UHGV virus genome: UHGV-0208829
Source: a virus
DNA: 62,541 nt
Direction: 5' to 3' (one strand)
Part shown: in pieces, positions 59,297-62,541 of the stretch
Position numbering within the stretch: position 1 is the first letter of the stretch
Layout: the number at the start of each line of letters is the position of its first letter
Translations under genes and position numbers: made by a program
The notes under the pieces: generated by a model
What the model was told of the DNA's origin: nothing
The model's input: only the letters and a program-made list of their open reading frames with translations
The model's database searches: none

Positions 59297-60031
59297 TTAA
59301 TCCCTGGTTAATTGATCACGAATCTGCGGCGCAACATACTCGCCCGTTTTCAGTTCTTCGTGACAGGCTTTGGCGCGTTCAAACCCGTATTGGCGAGTGA
59401 CCAAAGCGAGGTGGTAAATACGTGCCGTGGTGTAGGCTTCTTTTGCTGCATCCCACATTGCGTGGTGCTCAAAAGCGGGCTTACCGCGTGTCCAGTAAAT
59501 TTGCTCTACGGTTAGGTCAGGCTCGAACCCAAATGCAAAGGCTAAACGTTCTGCGGTACGATCGCTATCCAGTGCACTGAATTTACGGAACTTCCCTGGC
59601 GGAATATCACATTGTGCGAACGCGTTCATGAAAATCGGCGCATCGAAGTCAGGACCACGCATGGTAATAACAAACTCATGTTTTGCGGTAATCTCCCCGA
59701 GCCATTTTTGCATCGCCCAGAGCGCGTCTGGCAATGCTGTCGTCCCACCCCATGCTTCCGCATAGGCTTCACGAGACGGTGCGTATTCGGGTTCGCCTTT
59801 ACCTTCCCACCAACCAACGGTTTGTGGGTCTTCGTGGAAAATGGCTTTTGCTTTAGGATCGTTAGGATCGATCCTGATGTATGAGGAACCTACCATTTTC
59901 AATGTAGGGACGTCAAAAGCCACTAAACCCGCACTTAACAGATAAGCATCGGGACGTAATGATTTGGTTTCAGCATCAGCACCAATAACCAGCGTCGGTG
60001 TGTACGGGGTGACAATTTTTGGGTAGGTCAT
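59297..60031 (-). CDS. DEDD-family (DnaQ-like) 3'-5' exonuclease
   Basis: LVIGADAET (Exo I-like) and HHAMWDAAKEAY (Exo III-like); ATG with AGGAG upstream. Confidence 0.5.
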   Translation of the reverse strand: MTYPKIVTPYTPTLVIGADAETKSLRPDAYLLSAGLVAFDVPTLKMVGSSYIRIDPNDPKAKAIFHEDPQTVGWWEGKGEPEYAPSREAYAEAWGGTTALPDALWAMQKWLGEITAKHEFVITMRGPDFDAPIFMNAFAQCDIPPGKFRKFSALDSDRTAERLAFAFGFEPDLTVEQIYWTRGKPAFEHHAMWDAAKEAYTTARIYHLALVTRQYGFERAKACHEELKTGEYVAPQIRDQLTRD

Positions 60032-60086
60032 GTTGAATTCTCCTGTTAGTCTACATTAAAATAGTTACAAACGTTAAAAAGAAAGA

Positions 60087-60117
60087 CCCTCCTGTACCAC
60101 GAATGGGTACAGGAGGG
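60087..60117 (-). terminator. intrinsic terminator for gene 60122..60577
   Basis: 12-bp stem ccctcctgtacc/ggtacaggaggg, 7-nt loop, minus U-tract. Confidence 0.65.
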
Positions 60118-60121
60118 GGTG

Positions 60122-60577
60122 TCAGTACAAACACGATGTCAAGTATTGGTTGTACGAATCGAGTAGTGTCTGACGGTCGGAACGGTAATTCCACAACAAA
60201 TTATTGAGTTTACGCGATAAATCACGGCTAATCTCTTGGGGCGTTAAAGAGCTTTCATCAAGAGATAAGCGTTCAGGTACAACATGTAACTTCGGTAACT
60301 CATAACGTTCACAAAGTGGGGCCAGCATTGGTGGGCTCCAGCCACGTTTAACGGCTTGTTGGTTTAAATTTCGGGTGTAGACATAAACGTAGTAAGCATA
60401 GGTGTTGACGTCCGCAACATACTCACGCATTGCATTATTGTCAATTTTCCAATTCACCATTATTGGCGGTGTAGGAGGAAGTTCCAGTGGCCTATAAGCT
60501 GGACGTTTAACTTCGTCGCCGTAGCTATTACTCACCAACCCCACGAACACCATCATGATGAATAACAGCATTTTCAT
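60122..60577 (-). CDS. secreted/periplasmic protein with N-terminal signal peptide (151 aa)
   Basis: Track start 60580 is TTG; ATG at 60577 has AAGGAG upstream; N-terminus MKMLLFIMMVFVGLVSNSYG then charged region. Confidence 0.5.
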   Translation of the reverse strand: MKMLLFIMMVFVGLVSNSYGDEVKRPAYRPLELPPTPPIMVNWKIDNNAMREYVADVNTYAYYVYVYTRNLNQQAVKRGWSPPMLAPLCERYELPKLHVVPERLSLDESSLTPQEISRDLSRKLNNLLWNYRSDRQTLLDSYNQYLTSCLY

Positions 60578-60580
60578 CAA

Positions 60581-61084
60581 TCACTCCTTAGAAGACGTTA
60601 GCGTCTTTATGATCTCCTGTCGAAAACTGTTCGCATTTAAATTGCCAACAGGTCTCGCCGAAGCCTCTTTACGTTGTTCTGGTGTTGAAGCTGGATTAAC
60701 AGGAGTTTCTGGTTTTGTCGAAGACAGATCCTTCGCCGTACCGCTCGCTTTCGATGAATTAAACGTGCTTTCATATGGCGGTTTCTGGCCGAGGCAAACG
60801 AAGAGCCTGTCGTATAACTTCCCATTATCTTCTTTTAGTTTATCTCGATCTTGTTTCATCTCTTGGTAAGACTGCGACATATACGTGTCATGAGACTGCA
60901 CTGCAACGAGCGCGTGAAACTGTTGTACATAGGCGTAGGAGACGAAGCCAGAATACGACAACAAGATCGTGATGATTAAAGTCATTATCTTGCTTGCTCT
61001 TGATACGTTTTCTCCTTCTCCTGGTTTAAATGCTTCCATTAACATCTGAAGGAAGAACGGAAGCACTTTAAAAAATGAACCCAT
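60581..61084 (-). CDS. membrane protein with one internal transmembrane helix (167 aa)
   Basis: ATG start; hydrophobic IMTLIITILLSYSGFVSYAYV; C-terminal charged/coiled region; stop abuts next gene. Confidence 0.5.
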   Translation of the reverse strand: MGSFFKVLPFFLQMLMEAFKPGEGENVSRASKIMTLIITILLSYSGFVSYAYVQQFHALVAVQSHDTYMSQSYQEMKQDRDKLKEDNGKLYDRLFVCLGQKPPYESTFNSSKASGTAKDLSSTKPETPVNPASTPEQRKEASARPVGNLNANSFRQEIIKTLTSSKE

Positions 61085-61109
61085 TGCTCACCTCGGAGTA
61101 TTTTTAATT

Positions 61110-62541
61110 ATGTTAGACTTACAAGGTTTTATTCAGATACCGGCACTGTTTGACAATCAGGACGGCGTCACCGCTCCGGTGGGCGAGCTGTCGGATTTGA
61201 CACTCTCGTACGCGAAGAGTAAACAGACGTTTACTAAAACCAATTTGCAAGTTCAATTGGTGACTTTTACGTCTAAACGAGAAAAACAGACGGTTGTTGT
61301 ACCAGCCGAATTTTCTGATCATATTCTAACCGTTTCTCAATGGATTTACCAGCAAGCCATCTTGGGGAATCTGAGAAATGACGAACTTGAATTCCAGCGC
61401 CTGTTACTAGGACAATTCCAATCAACCATTTCTGGCGTTCAGTCCGGTGCGATGATCCAGACGAACAGTAACTGGTTCCCACGCTGGGTGAGCTGGAAAT
61501 ATGAAGCAACAGCAGATCAAGTACAAGATGACACCGATGTAGATAATCAGATCATTGTTTGGTTCTCGGATGAAGACTTCGATCAAGATTACACAGGGTT
61601 CGAAATCGAAGTGCAGATGCCGATTTCACCAATCGACACATTTTTGTCGACCAAGTCAGTCGTTGAAAAGGCGATGGAAGGGTTTAACCTTACCGAACAC
61701 CATAAGAAAATCAATGAGTTAATGGCAGGGTTTCCTTACACCGCTATCCAAACCAACTACTATACTTGGCACGATAAAGAAAACTACGAGTCCACCCTAG
61801 TTGTCCCAATGTCGGTTATTATTTACGGCCGCGCGGGAAAAAACCCAACGAAAATAAAGCAAGCGTTGCGAGAACATATTCTCGCCAATTCTAGCTTTAC
61901 TGTCCCCGTCGGGGTAAAGGTATTTCCTGAAATTTTCACTACCACGAAATTTACAATTGTTCCTGGATGGAAAATTCGTGGAATACCTAATGAGGAAGAC
62001 GTAGCGGCGCTTTATTCCCCTATCCTTCCATATGATTTCTGGGTCAAAGCTATCAGTCGGTTTGGAGAATGGGCAGACCTGACGGTAGCAGAAAGAAATA
62101 CTAAAACGATCAGTAAGCCTACGACAGATGTAACTGACTTACCAACCGTTTATAAATCATTAAACTGTGTTGTAATCAGTGGGCCAGAAAATGATACGCG
62201 GAAAGCGACCTTACACGAAACTATCCCGGATTATGCGTTAATTGCGACGACTAACCCTGATATTGCGCGTATGTCGAAAACAACGACCGAATGGTTGGCG
62301 TTATTTTTCCAGGCACTTATTGCTGCGGAAGAATACCACCCGTATCAAACCAGCTTGGATATTGTAAAACTGGTCGATGAGGCTGACCCTGATAACTACT
62401 TCTGGGTGTTTGAATACGACAACGTAGAATATCGTATCCTGTCTCGGAAAGCGAAATGGTACACCGAGTTAGACAAGGAGTTATCAATCGCTACGCCTTT
62501 TCCACTCGAGGTACCAGTCACCACCGCGGGACTGGTTACAG
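61110..62541 (+). CDS. hypothetical protein, 5' partial at window edge (477+ codons, no stop in window)
   Basis: ATG at 61110 with GGAG upstream; frame stays open to the end of the window; absent from ORF track because no stop is present. Confidence 0.6.
   Translation, partial: MLDLQGFIQIPALFDNQDGVTAPVGELSDLTLSYAKSKQTFTKTNLQVQLVTFTSKREKQTVVVPAEFSDHILTVSQWIYQQAILGNLRNDELEFQRLLLGQFQSTISGVQSGAMIQTNSNWFPRWVSWKYEATADQVQDDTDVDNQIIVWFSDEDFDQDYTGFEIEVQMPISPIDTFLSTKSVVEKAMEGFNLTEHHKKINELMAGFPYTAIQTNYYTWHDKENYESTLVVPMSVIIYGRAGKNPTKIKQALREHILANSSFTVPVGVKVFPEIFTTTKFTIVPGWKIRGIPNEEDVAALYSPILPYDFWVKAISRFGEWADLTVAERNTKTISKPTTDVTDLPTVYKSLNCVVISGPENDTRKATLHETIPDYALIATTNPDIARMSKTTTEWLALFFQALIAAEEYHPYQTSLDIVKLVDEADPDNYFWVFEYDNVEYRILSRKAKWYTELDKELSIATPFPLEVPVTTAGLVT

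Noticed and set aside
61119-61509. Two minus-strand ORFs at the right end
   Set aside because: Antisense to a 477-codon open frame on the plus strand that has a proper start and SD.
1-62541. CRISPR arrays, rRNA or tRNA genes
   Set aside because: No regularly spaced direct repeats, no rRNA-like conserved stretches, and no tRNA T-loop consensus (GGTTCGAATCC-like) with flanking acceptor-stem complementarity found by eye; a covariance-model scan would be needed to exclude tRNAs formally.

Overview
This 62.5 kb window reads as a densely packed segment of a large virulent (jumbo-like) bacteriophage genome, with about 65 protein-coding genes, mostly on the minus strand, separated by short gaps carrying GC-rich hairpin terminators. 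The strongest calls are: (1) a thymidylate synthase gene (thyA/td) split by a ~1.08 kb group I intron that carries a GIY-YIG (I-TevI-like) homing endonuclease; (2) a split, beta-prime-like N-terminal subunit of a multisubunit RNA polymerase with the catalytic DYDGD motif, next to a 1388-aa partner ORF; (3) a terminase large subunit; (4) two giant plus-strand proteins, one with a lytic transglycosylase (SLT) domain; (5) a UvsX/RecA-like ATPase, an RNase HI-domain protein, a DEDD exonuclease, and MazG-like, HAD-nucleotidase-like and HD-domain enzymes. Other observations include a recurring promoter-like motif upstream of three minus-strand genes, two sets of tandem paralogs with no recognisable function, an untracked 57-aa ORF, and a ~600 nt structured non-coding leader. 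No rRNA, tRNA or CRISPR array was detected by eye. All functional calls rest on motif recognition from memory, not database searches. Several ORF-track starts are non-ATG extensions, and I moved them to internal ATG codons with Shine-Dalgarno support.
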